64,000 nucleotides of DNA from Eledone cirrhosa (taxonomy: Eukaryota), in NCBI GenBank assembly GCA_964016885.1, contig OZ024743.1, positions 46,376,001-46,440,000 of the forward strand. The letters are read 5' to 3'. The notes under the pieces are model-generated. The model saw only the letters and a list, made by a program, of their open reading frames with translations, did not search any database and was not told the DNA's origin. Shown here in pieces: positions 51,926-64,000 of the stretch (its first letter is position 1; each line of letters opens with the position of its first letter). A program made the position numbers and the translations under genes.

Positions 51926-54900
51926 AATATCTGGTTCATGACTAGTGGTGGACATGATATCTGGTTTGTGACTAGTGGTGGACATATCTGGTTTGTGACT
52001 AGTGGTGGACATGATATCTGGTTCATGACTAGTGGTGGACATGATATCTGGTTCATGACTAGTGGTGGACATGATATCTGGTTTGTGACTAGTGGTGGAC
52101 ATGATATCTTGTTCTTGACTAGTGGTGGACATGATATCTGGTTTGTGACTAGTGGTGGACATGATATCTGGTTCATGATTAGTGGTGGACATGATATCTG
52201 GTTCATGACTAGTGGTGGACATGATATCTGGTTCATGACTAGTGGTGGACATGATATCTGGTTTGTGACTAGTGGTGGACATGATATCTGGTTCATGACT
52301 ACTGGTGGACATGATATCTGGTTCATGACTAGTGGTGGACAAGATATCTGGTTCATGACTAGTGGTGGACATGATATCTGGTTCATGACTAGTGGTGGAC
52401 ATGATATCTGGTTCATGACTAGTGGTGGACATGATATCTGGTTCATGACTAGTGGTAGACATGATATCTGGTTCATGACTACTGGTGGACATGATATCTG
52501 GTTTGTGACTAGTGGTGGACATGATATCTCGTTCATGACTAGTGGTGGACATGATATCTGGTTCATGACTAGTGGTGGACATGATATCTGGTTCATGACT
52601 AGTGGTGGACATGATATCTGGTTTGTGACTAGTGGTGGACATGATATCTGGTTTGTGACTAGTGGTGGATATGATATCTTGTTCTTGACTAGTGGTGGAT
52701 ATGATATCTGGTTCTTGACTACTGATGGACATGATATCTGGTTCATGACTAGTGGTGGACATGATATCTTGTTCTTGACTAGTGGTGGACATGATATCTG
52801 GTTTGTGACTAGTGGTGGACATGATATCTGGTTTGTGACTAGTGGTGGACATGATATCTGGTTCATGACAAGTGGTGGACATGATATCTTGTTTTTGACT
52901 AGTGGTGGACATGATATCTGGTTCATGACTAGTGGTGGACATGATATCTGGTTTGTGACTAGTGGTGGACATGATATCTGGTTCATGACTAGTGGTGGAC
53001 ATGATATCTGGTTCATGACTAGTGGTGGACATGATATCTGGTTTATGACTAGTGGTGGACATGATATCTGGTTTGTGACAAGTGGTGGACATGATATCTG
53101 GTTTGTGACTAGTGGTGGACATGATATCTGGTTCATGACTAGTGGTGGACATAATATCTGGTTTGTGACTAGTGGTGGACATGATATCTGGTTCATGACT
53201 AGTGGTGGACATGATATCTGGTTCATGACTAGTGGTGGACATGATATCTGGTTCATGACTAGTGGTGGACATGATATCTGGTTTGTGACTAGTGGTGGAC
53301 ATGATATCCGGTTCATGACTAGTGGTGGACATATCTGGTTTGTGACTAGTGGTGGACATGATATCTGGTTTGTGACTAGTGGTGGACATGATATCTGGTT
53401 TGTGACTACTGATGGACATGATATCTGGTTCATGACTACTGGTGGACATGATATCCGGTTCATGACTAGTGGTGTACATGATATCTGGTTTGTGACTAGT
53501 GGTGGACATGATATCTGGTTCATGACTAGTGGTGGACATGATATCTGGTTTGTGACTAGTGGTGGACATGATATCTGGTTTGTGACTACTGGTGGACATG
53601 ATATCTGGTTTGTGACTAGTGGTGGACATGATATCTGGTTTGTGACTAGTGGTGGACATGATATCTGGTTCATGACTAGTGGTGGACATGATATCTGGTT
53701 TGTGACTACTGATGGACATGATATCTGGTTCATGACTAGTGGTGGACATGATATCTGGTTTGTGACTAGTGGTGGACATGATATCTGGTTTGTGACTAGT
53801 GGTGGACATGATATCTGGTTTGTGACTAGTGGTGGACATGATATCTGTTTTGTGACTAGTGGTGGACATGATATCTGGTTCATGACTAGTGGTGGACATG
53901 ATATCTGGTTTGTGACTACTGATGGACATGATATCTGGATCATGACTAGTGGTGGACATTATATCTGGTTTGTGACTAGTGGTGGACATGATATCTGGTT
54001 TGTGAGTACTGATGGACATGATATCTGGTTTGTGACTAGTGGTGGACATGATATCTGGTTTGTGACTAGTGGTGGACATGATATCTGGTTCATGACTACT
54101 GGTGGACATGATATCCGGTTCATGACTAGTGGTGTACATGATATCTGGTTTGTGACTAGTGGTGGGCATGATATCTGGTTCATGACTAGTGGTGGACATG
54201 ATATCTGGTTTGTGACTAGTGGTGGACATGATATCTGGTTTGTGACTAGTGGTGGACATGATATCCAGTTCATGACTAGTGGTGGACATGATATCTGGTT
54301 TGTGACTAGTGGTGGACATGATATCTGGTTTGTGACTAGTGGTGGACATGATATCTGGTTCATGACTTGTGGTGGACATGATATCTGGTTCATGACTAGT
54401 GGTGGACATGATATCTGGTTTGTGACTAGTGGTGGACATGATATCTGGTTTGTGACTAGTGGTGGACATGATATCCGGTTCATGACTAGTGGTGGACATG
54501 ATATCTGGTTTGTGACTAGTGGTGGACATGATATCTGGTTTGTGACTAGTGGTGGACATGATATCTGGTTCATGACTAGTGGTGGACATGATATCTGGTT
54601 CATGACTAGTGGTGGACATGATATCTGGTTTGTGACTAGTGGTGGACATGATATCTGGTTTGTGACTAGTGGTGGACATGATATCTGGTTCATGACTAGT
54701 GGTGGACATGATATCTGGTTCATGACTAGTGGTGGACATGATATCTGGTTCATGACTAGTGGTGGACATGATATTTGGTTTGTGACTAGTGGTGGACATG
54801 ATATCTGGTTTGTGACTAGTGGTGGACATGATATCTGGTTCATGACTAGTGATGGACATGATATCTGGTTCATGACTAGTGGTGGACATGATATCTGGTT

Positions 54901-57900
54901 CATGACTAGTGGTGGACATGATATTTGGTTTGTGACTAGTGGTGGGCATGATATCTGGTTCATGACTACTGGTGGACATGATATCTGCTTTGTGACTAGT
55001 GGTGGACATGATATCTGGTTCATGACTACTGGTGGACATGATATCTGGTTCATGACTAGTGGTGGACATGATATCTGGTTCATGACTAGTGGTGGACATG
55101 ATATCTGGTTTGTGACTAGTGGTGGACATGATATCTGGTTTGTGACTAGTGGTGGATATGATATCTTGTTCTTGACTAGTGGTGGATATGATATCTGGTT
55201 CTTGACTACTGATGGACATGATATCTGGTTCATGACTAGTGGTGGACATGATATCTTGTTCTTGACTAGTGGTGGACATGATATCTGGTTTGTGACTAGT
55301 GGTGGACATGATATCTGGTTTGTGACTAGTGGTGGACATGATATCTGGTTCATGACAAGTGGTGGACATGATATCTGGTTTGTGACTAGTGGTGGACATG
55401 ATATCTGGTTCATGACTAGTGGTGGACATAATATCTGGTTTGTGACTAGTGGTGGACATGATATCTGGTTCATGACTAGTGGTGGACATGATATCTGGTT
55501 CATGACTAGTGGTGGACATGATATCTTGTTCTTGACTAGTGGTGGATATGATATCTGGTTCTTGACTACTGATGGACATGATATCTGGTTCATGACTAGT
55601 GGTGGACATGATATCTTGTTCTTGACTAGTGGTGGACATGATATCTGGTTTGTGACTAGTGGTGGACATGATATCTGGTTTGTGACTAGTGGTGGACATG
55701 ATATCTGGTTCATGACTAGTGCTGGACATGATATCTTGTTTTTGACTAGTGGTGGACATGATATCTGGTTCATGACTAGTGGTGGACATGATATCTGGTT
55801 TGTGACTAGTGGTGGACATGATATCTGGTTCATGACTAGTGGTGGACATGATATCTGGTTCATGACTAGTGGTGGACATGATATCTGGTTCATGACTAGT
55901 GGTGGACATGATATCTGGTTTGTGACTAGTGGTGGACATGATATCTGGTTCATGACTAGTGGTGGACATAATATCTCGTTTGTGACTAGTGGTGGACATG
56001 ATATCTGGTTTGTGACTAGTGGTGGACATGATATCTGGTTCATGACTACTGGTGGACATGATATCTGGTTCATGACTAGTGGTGGACATGATATCTGGTT
56101 CATGACTAGTGGTGGACATGATATCTGGTTCATGACTAGTGGTGGACATGATATCTGGTTCATGACTAGTGGTGGACATGATATCTGGTTCATGACTAGT
56201 GGTAGACATGATATCTGGTTCATGACTACTGGTGGACATGATATCTGGTTTGTGACTAGTGGTGGACATGATATCTCGTTCATGACTAGTGGTGGACATG
56301 ATATCTGGTTCATGACTAGTGGTGGACATGATATCTGGTTCATGACTAGTGGTGGACATGATATCTGGTTTGTGACTAGTGGTGGACATGATATCTGGTT
56401 TGTGACTAGTGGTGGATATGATATCTTGTTCTTGACTAGTGGTGGATATGATATCTGGTTCTTGACTACTGATGGACATGATATCTGGTTCATGACTAGT
56501 GGTGGACATGATATCTGGTTCTTGACTAGTGGTGGACATGATATCTGGTTTGTGACTAGTGGTGGACATGATATCTGGTTTGTGACTAGTGGTGGACATG
56601 ATATCTGGTTCATGAATAGTGGTGGACATGATATCTTGTTTTTGACTAGTGGTGGACATGATATCTGGTTCATGACTAGTGGTGGACATGATATCTGGTT
56701 TGTGACTAGTGGTGGACATGATATCTGGTTCATGACTAGTGGTGGACATGATAACTGGTTCATGACTAGTGGTGGACATGATATCTGGTTCATGACTAGT
56801 GGTGGACATGATATCTGGTTTGTGACAAGTGGTGGACATGATATCTGGTTTGTGACTAGTGGTGGACATGATATCTGGTTCATGACTAGTGGTGGACATA
56901 ATATCTGGTTTGTGACTAGTGGTGGACATGATATCTGGTTCATGACTAGTGGTGGACATGATATCTGGTTCATGACTAGTGGTGGACATGATATCTGGTT
57001 CATGACTAGTGGTGGACATGATATCTGGTTTGTGACTAGTGGTGGACATGATATCCGGTTCATGACTAGTGGTGGACATGATATCTGGTTTGTGACTAGT
57101 GGTGGACATGATATCTGGTTTGTGACTAGTGGTGGACATGATATCTGGTTTGTGACTACTGATGGACATGATATCTGGTTCATGACTACTGGTGGACATG
57201 ATATCCGGTTCATGACTAGTGGTGTACATGATATCTGGTTTGTGACTAGTGGTGGACATTATATCTGGTTCATGACTAGTGGTGGACATGATATCTGGTT
57301 TGTGACTAGTGGTGGACATGATATCTGGTTTGTGACTACTGGTGGACATGATATCTGGTTTGTGACTAGTGGTGGACATGATATCTGGTTTGTGACTAGT
57401 GGTGGACATGATATCTGGTTCATAACTAGTGGTGGACATGATATCTGGTTTGTGACTACTGATGGACATGATATCTGGTTCATGACTAGTGGTGGACATG
57501 ATATCTGGTTTGTGACTAGTGGTGGACATGATATCTGGTTTGTGACTAGTGGTGGACATGATATCTGGTTTGTGACTAGTGGTGGACATGATATCTGTTT
57601 TGTGACTAGTGGTGGACATGATATCTGGTTCATGACTAGTGGTGGACATGATATCTGGTTTGTGACTACTGATGGACATGATATCTGGTTCATGACTAGT
57701 GGTGGACATTATATCTGGTTTGTGACTAGTGGTGGACATGATATCTGGTTTGTGAGTACTGATGGACATGATATCTGGTTTGTGACTAGTGGTGGGCATG
57801 ATATCTGGTTCATGACTAGTGGTGGACATGATATCTGGTTTGTGACTAGTGGTGGACATGATATCTGGTTTGTGACTAGTGGTGGACATGATATCCGGTT

Positions 57901-60900
57901 CATGACTAGTGGTGGACATGATATCTGGTTTGTGACTAGTGGTGGACATGATATCTGGTTTGTGACTAGTGGTGGACATGATATCTGGTTCATGACTTGT
58001 GGTGGACATGATATCTGGTTCATGACTAGTGGTGAACATGATATCTGGTTTGTGACTAGTGGTGGACATGATATCTGGTTTGTGACTAGTGGTGGACATG
58101 ATATCCGGTTCATGACTAGTGGTGGACATGATATCTGGTTTGTGACTAGTGGTGGACATGATATCTGGTTTGTGACTAGTGGTGGACATGATATCTGGTT
58201 CATGACTAATGGTGGACATGATATCTGGTTCATGACTAGTGGTGGACATGATATCTGGTTTGTGACTAGTGGTGGACATGATATCTGGTTTGTGACTAGT
58301 GGTGGACATGATATCTGGTTCATGACTAGTGGTGGACATGATATCTGGTTCATGACTAGTGGTGGACATGATATCTGGTTCATGACTAGTGGTGGACATG
58401 ATATTTGGTTTGTGACTAGTGGTGGACATGATATCTGGTTTGTGACTAGTGGTGGACATGATATCTGGTTCATGACTAGTGGTGGACATGATATCTGGTT
58501 CATGACTAGTGGTGGACATGATATCTGGTTCATGACTAGTGGTGGACATGATATTTGGTTTGTGACTAGTGGTGGGCATGATATCTGGTTCATGACTACT
58601 GGTGGACATGATATCTGCTTTGTGACTAGTGGTGGACATGATATCTGGTTCATGACTACTGGTGGACATGATATCTGGTTCATGACTAGTGGTGGACATG
58701 ATATCTGGTTCATGACTAGTGGTGGACATGATATCTGGTTTGTGACTAGTGGTGGACATGATATCTGGTTTGTTACTAGTGGTGGATATGATATCTTGTT
58801 CTTGACTAGTGGTGGATATGATATCTGGTTCTTGACTACTGATGGACATGATATCTGGTTCATGACTAGTGGTGGACATGATATCTTGTTCTTGACTAGT
58901 GGTGGACATGATATCTGGTTTGTGACTAGTGGTGGACATGATATCTGGTTTGTGACTAGTGGTGGACATGATATCTGGTTCATGACTAGTGGTGGACATG
59001 ATATCTTGTTTTTGACTAGTGGTGGACATGATATCTGGTTCATGACTAGTGGTGGACATGATATCTGGTTTGTGACTAGTGGTGGACATGATATCTGGTT
59101 CATGACTAGTCGTGGACATGATATCTGGTTCATGACTAGTGGTGGACATGATATCTGGTTCATGACTAGTGGTGGACATGATATCTGGTTTGTGACAAGT
59201 GGTGGACATGATATCTGGTTTGTGACTAGTGGTGGACATGATATCTGGTTCATGACTAGTGGTGGACATAATATCTGGTTTGTGACTAGTGGTGGACATG
59301 ATATCTGGTTGATGACTAGTGGTGGACATGATATCTGGTTCATGACTAGTGGTGGACATGATATCTGGTTCATGACTAGTGGTGGACATGATATCTTGTT
59401 CTTGACTAGTGGTGGATATGATATCTGGTTCTTGACTACTGATGGACATGATATCTGGTTCATGACTAGTGGTGGACATGATATCTTGTTCTTGACTAGT
59501 GGTGGACATGATATCTGGTTTGTGACTAGTGGTGGACATGATATCTGGTTTGTGACTAGTGGTGGACATGATATCTGGTTCATGACTAGTGCTGGACATG
59601 ATATCTTGTTTTTGACTAGTGGTGGACATGATATCTGGTTCATGACTAGTGGTGGACATGATATCTGGTTTGTGACTAGTGGTGGACATGATATCTGGTT
59701 CATGACTAGTGGTGGACATGATATCTGGTTCATGACTAGTGGTGGACATGATATCTGGTTCATGACTTGTGGTGGACATGATATCTGGTTTGTGACTAGT
59801 GGTGGACATGATATCTGGTTCATGACTAGAGGTGGACATAATATCTGGTTTGTGACTAGTGGTGGACATGATATCTGGTTCATGACTAGTGGTGGACATG
59901 ATATCTGGTTCATGACTAGTGGTGGACATGATATCTGGTTCATGACTAGTGGTGGACATGATATCTTGTTCTTGACTAGTGGTGGATATGATATCTGGTT
60001 CTTGACTACTGATGGACATGATATCTGGTTCATAACTAGTGGTGGACATGATATCTTGTTCTTGACTAGTGGTGGACATGATATCTGGTTAGTGACTAGT
60101 GGTGGACATGATATCTGGTTTGTGACTAGTGGTGGACATGATATCTGGTTCATGACTAGTGGTGGACATGATATCTTGTTTTTGACTAGTGGTGGACATG
60201 ATATCTGGTTCATGACTAGTGGTGGACATGATATCTGGTTTGTGACTAGTGGTGGACATGATATCTGGTTCATGACTAGTGGTGGACATGATATCTGGTT
60301 CATGACTAGTGGTGGACATGATATCTGGTTCATGACTAGTGGTGGACATGATATCTGGTTTGTGACAAGTGGTGGACATGATATCTGGTTTGTGACTAGT
60401 GGTGGACATGATATCTGGTTCATGACTAGTGGTGGACATGATATCTGGTTCATGACTAGTGGTGGACATGATATCTGGTTCATGACTAGTGGTGGACATG
60501 ATATTTGGTTTGTGACTAGTGGTGGACATGATATCTGGTTTGTGACTAGTGGTGGACATGATATCTGGTTCATGACTAGTGGTGGACATGATATCTGGTT
60601 CATGACTAGTGGTGGACATGATATCTGGTTCATGACTAGTGGTGGACATGATATTTGGTTTGTGACTAGTGGTGGGCATGATATCTGGTTCATGACTACT
60701 GGTGGACATGATATCTGCTTTGTGACTAGTGGTGGACATGATATCTGGTTCATGACTACTGGTGGACATGATATCTGGTTCATGACTAGTGGTGGACATG
60801 ATATCTGGTTCATGACTAGTGGTGGACATGATATCTGGTTTGTGACTAGTGGTGGACATGATATCTGGTTTGTGACTAGTGGTGGATATGATATCTTGTT

Positions 60901-63900
60901 CTTGACTAGTGGTGGATATGATATCTGGTTCTTGACTACTGATGGACATGATATCTGGTTCATGACTAGTGGTGGACATGATATCTTGTTCTTGACTAGT
61001 GGTGGACATGATATCTGGTTTGTGACTAGTGGTGGACATGATATCTGGTTTGTGACTAGTGGTGGACATGATATCTGGTTCATGACTAGTGGTGGACATG
61101 ATATCTTGTTTTTGACTAGTGGTGGACATGATATCTGGTTCATGACTAGTGGTGGACATGATATCTGGTTTGTGACTAGTGGTGGACATGATATCTGGTT
61201 CATGACTAGTGGTGGACATGATATCTGGTTCATGACTAGTGGTGGACATGATATCTGGTTCATGACTAGTGGTGGACATGATATCTGGTTTGTGACAAGT
61301 GGTGGACATGATATCTGGTTTGTGACTAGTGGTGGACATGATATCTGGTTCATGACTAGTGGTGGACATAATATCTGGTTTGTGACTAGTGGTGGACATG
61401 ATATCTGGTTCATGACTAGTGGTGGACATGATATCTGGTTCATGACTAGTGGTGGACATGATATCTGGTTCATGACTAGTGGTGGACATGATATCTTGTT
61501 CTTGACTAGTGGTGGATATGATATCTGGTTCTTGACTACTGATGGACATGATATCTGGTTCATGACTAGTGGTGGACATGATATCTTGTTCTTGACTAGT
61601 GGTGGACATGATATCTGGTTTGTGACTAGTGTTGGACATGATATCTGGTTTGTGACTAGTGGTGGACATGATATCTGGTTCATGACTAGTGCTGGACATG
61701 ATATCTTGTTTTTGACTAGTGGTGGACATGATATCTGGTTCATGACTAGTGGTGGACATGATATCTGGTTTGTGACTAGTGGTGGACATGATATCTGGTT
61801 CATGACTAGTGGTGGACATGATATCTGGTTCATGACTAGTGGTGGACATGATATCTGGTTCATGACTAGTGGTGGACATGATATCTGGTTCATGACTAGT
61901 GGTGGACATGATATCTGGTTTGTGACTAGTGGTGGACATGATATCTGGTTCATGACTAGTGGTGGACATAATATCTGGTTTGTGACTAGTGGTGGACATG
62001 ATATCTGGTTCATGACTAGTGGTGGACATGATATCTGGTTCATGACTAGTGGTGGACATGATATCTGGTTCATGACTAGTGGTGGACATGATATCTTGTT
62101 CTTGACTAGTGGTGGATATGATATCTGGTTCTTGACTACTGATAGACATGATATCTGGTTCATGACTAGTGGTGGACATGATATCTTGTTCTTGACTAGT
62201 GGTGGACATGATATCTGGTTTGTGACTAGTGGTGGACATGATATCTGGTTTGTGACTAGTGGTGGACATGATATCTGGTTCATGACTAGTGGTGGACATG
62301 ATATCTTGTTTTTGACTAGTGGTGGACATGATATCTGGTTCATGACTAGTGGTGGACATGATATCTGGTTTGTGACTAGTGGTGGACATGATATCTGGTT
62401 CATGACTAGTGGTGGACATGATATCTGGTTCATGACTAGTGGTGGACATGATATCTGGTTCATGACTAGTGGTGGACATGATATCTGGTTTGTGACAAGT
62501 GGTGGACATGATATCTGGTTTGTGACTAGTGGTGGACATGATATCTGGTTCATGACTAGTGGTGGACATAATATCTGGTTTGTGACTAGTGGTGGACATG
62601 ATATCTGGTTCATGACTAGTGGTGGACATGATATCTGGTTCATGACTAGTGGTGGACATGATATCTGGTTCATGACTAGTGGTGGACATGATATCTGGTT
62701 TGTGACTAGTGGTGGACATGACATCCGGTTCATGACTAGTGGTGGACATGATATCTGGTTTGTGACTAGTGGTGGACATGATATCTGGTTTGTGACTAGT
62801 GGTGGACATGATATCTGGTTTGTGACTACTGATGGACATGATATCTGGTTCATGACTACTGGTGGACATGATATCCGGTTCATGACTAGTGGTGGACATG
62901 ATATCTGGTTTGTGACTAGTGGTGGACATGATATCTGGTTCATGACTAGTGGTGGACATGATATCTGGTTTGTGACTAGTGGTGGACATGATATCTGGTT
63001 TGTGACTACTGGTGGACATGATATCTGGTTTGTGACTGGTGGTGGACATGATATCTGGTTTGTGACTAGTGGTGGACATGATATCTGGTTCATGACTAGT
63101 GGTGGACATGATATCTGGTTTGTAACTAGTAGTGGACATGATATCTGGTTTGTGACTAGTGGTGGACATGATATCTGGTTTGTGACTAGTGGTGGACATG
63201 ATATCTGTTTTGTGACTAGTGGTGGACATGATATCTGGTTCATGACTAGTGGTGGACATTATATCTGGTTTGTGACTAGTGGTGGACATGATATCTGGTT
63301 TGTGAGTACTGATGGACATGATATCTGGTTTGTGACTAGTGGTGGGCATGATATCTGGTTCATGACTAGTGGTGGACATGATATCTGGTTTGTGACTAGT
63401 GGTGGACATGATATCTGGTTTGTGACTAGTGGTGGACATGATATCCGGTTCATGACTAGTGGTGGACATGATATCTGGTTTGTGACTAGTGGTGGACATG
63501 ATATCTGGTTTGTGACTAGTGGTGGACATGATATCTGGTTCATGACTAGTGGTGGACATGATATCTGGTTTGTGACTAGTGGTGGACATGATATCTGGTT
63601 CATGACTAGTGGTGGACATGATATCTGGTTCATGACTAGTGGTGGACATGATATCTGGTTCATGACTAGTGGTGGACATGATATCTGGTTCATGACTAGT
63701 GGTGGACATGATATCTGGTTTGTGACTAGTGGTGGACATGATATCTGGTTCATGACTAGTGGTGGACATAATATCTGGTTTGTGACTAGTGGTGGACATG
63801 ATATCTGGTTCATGACTAGTGGTGGACATGATATCTGGTTCATGACTAGTGGTGGACATGATATCTGGTTCATGACTAGTGGTGGACATGATATCTTGTT

Positions 63901-64000
63901 CTTGACTAGTGGTGGATATGATATCTGGTTCTTGACTACTGATGGACATGATATCTGGTTCATGACTAGTGGTGGACATGATATCTTGTTCTTGACTAGT
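51926..64000. repeat. 30-bp satellite, ~400 copies, running off the window
   Basis: Unit atgatatctggtt(cat/tgt)gactagtggtggac; the minus strand reads (MSTTSH[E/K]PDI)n. Confidence 0.98.

Noticed and set aside
51919-63963. (CPPLVTNQIS)n ORFs
   Set aside because: Alternate frame of the same satellite, with recurrent stops.

Overview
AT-rich, repeat-dominated eukaryotic DNA. The SINE/RTE repertoire and (CAT)n tails suggest an octopus or other cephalopod (inference). The only clear host gene is an SLC7/LAT-family amino-acid transporter light chain on the minus strand. It has three spliced coding exons (9573-9408, 7778-7677, 4318-4055) and appears to continue off the left edge. The rest is mobile DNA and tandem repeats: a near full-length RTE LINE (APE + RT + PHD finger) broken by a 16-bp duplication and preceded by ~398-bp tandem monomers; many RTE fragments; two convergent Penelope-like elements; an internally deleted Gypsy LTR element with a TSD; a solo LTR; tRNA-derived SINEs that share the RTE 3' tail; a tandem MITE array; 61-bp and 48-bp minisatellites derived from LINE tails; and a >12-kb 30-bp satellite. 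The most unusual signal is a cluster of TA-hinged fold-back palindromes at 44.7-47.1 kb (plus one at 37.4-37.9 kb). One carries a type I hammerhead-like ribozyme in each arm, and another looks folded back on a hammerhead stem II. All structures were read by eye, so repeat boundaries are approximate.
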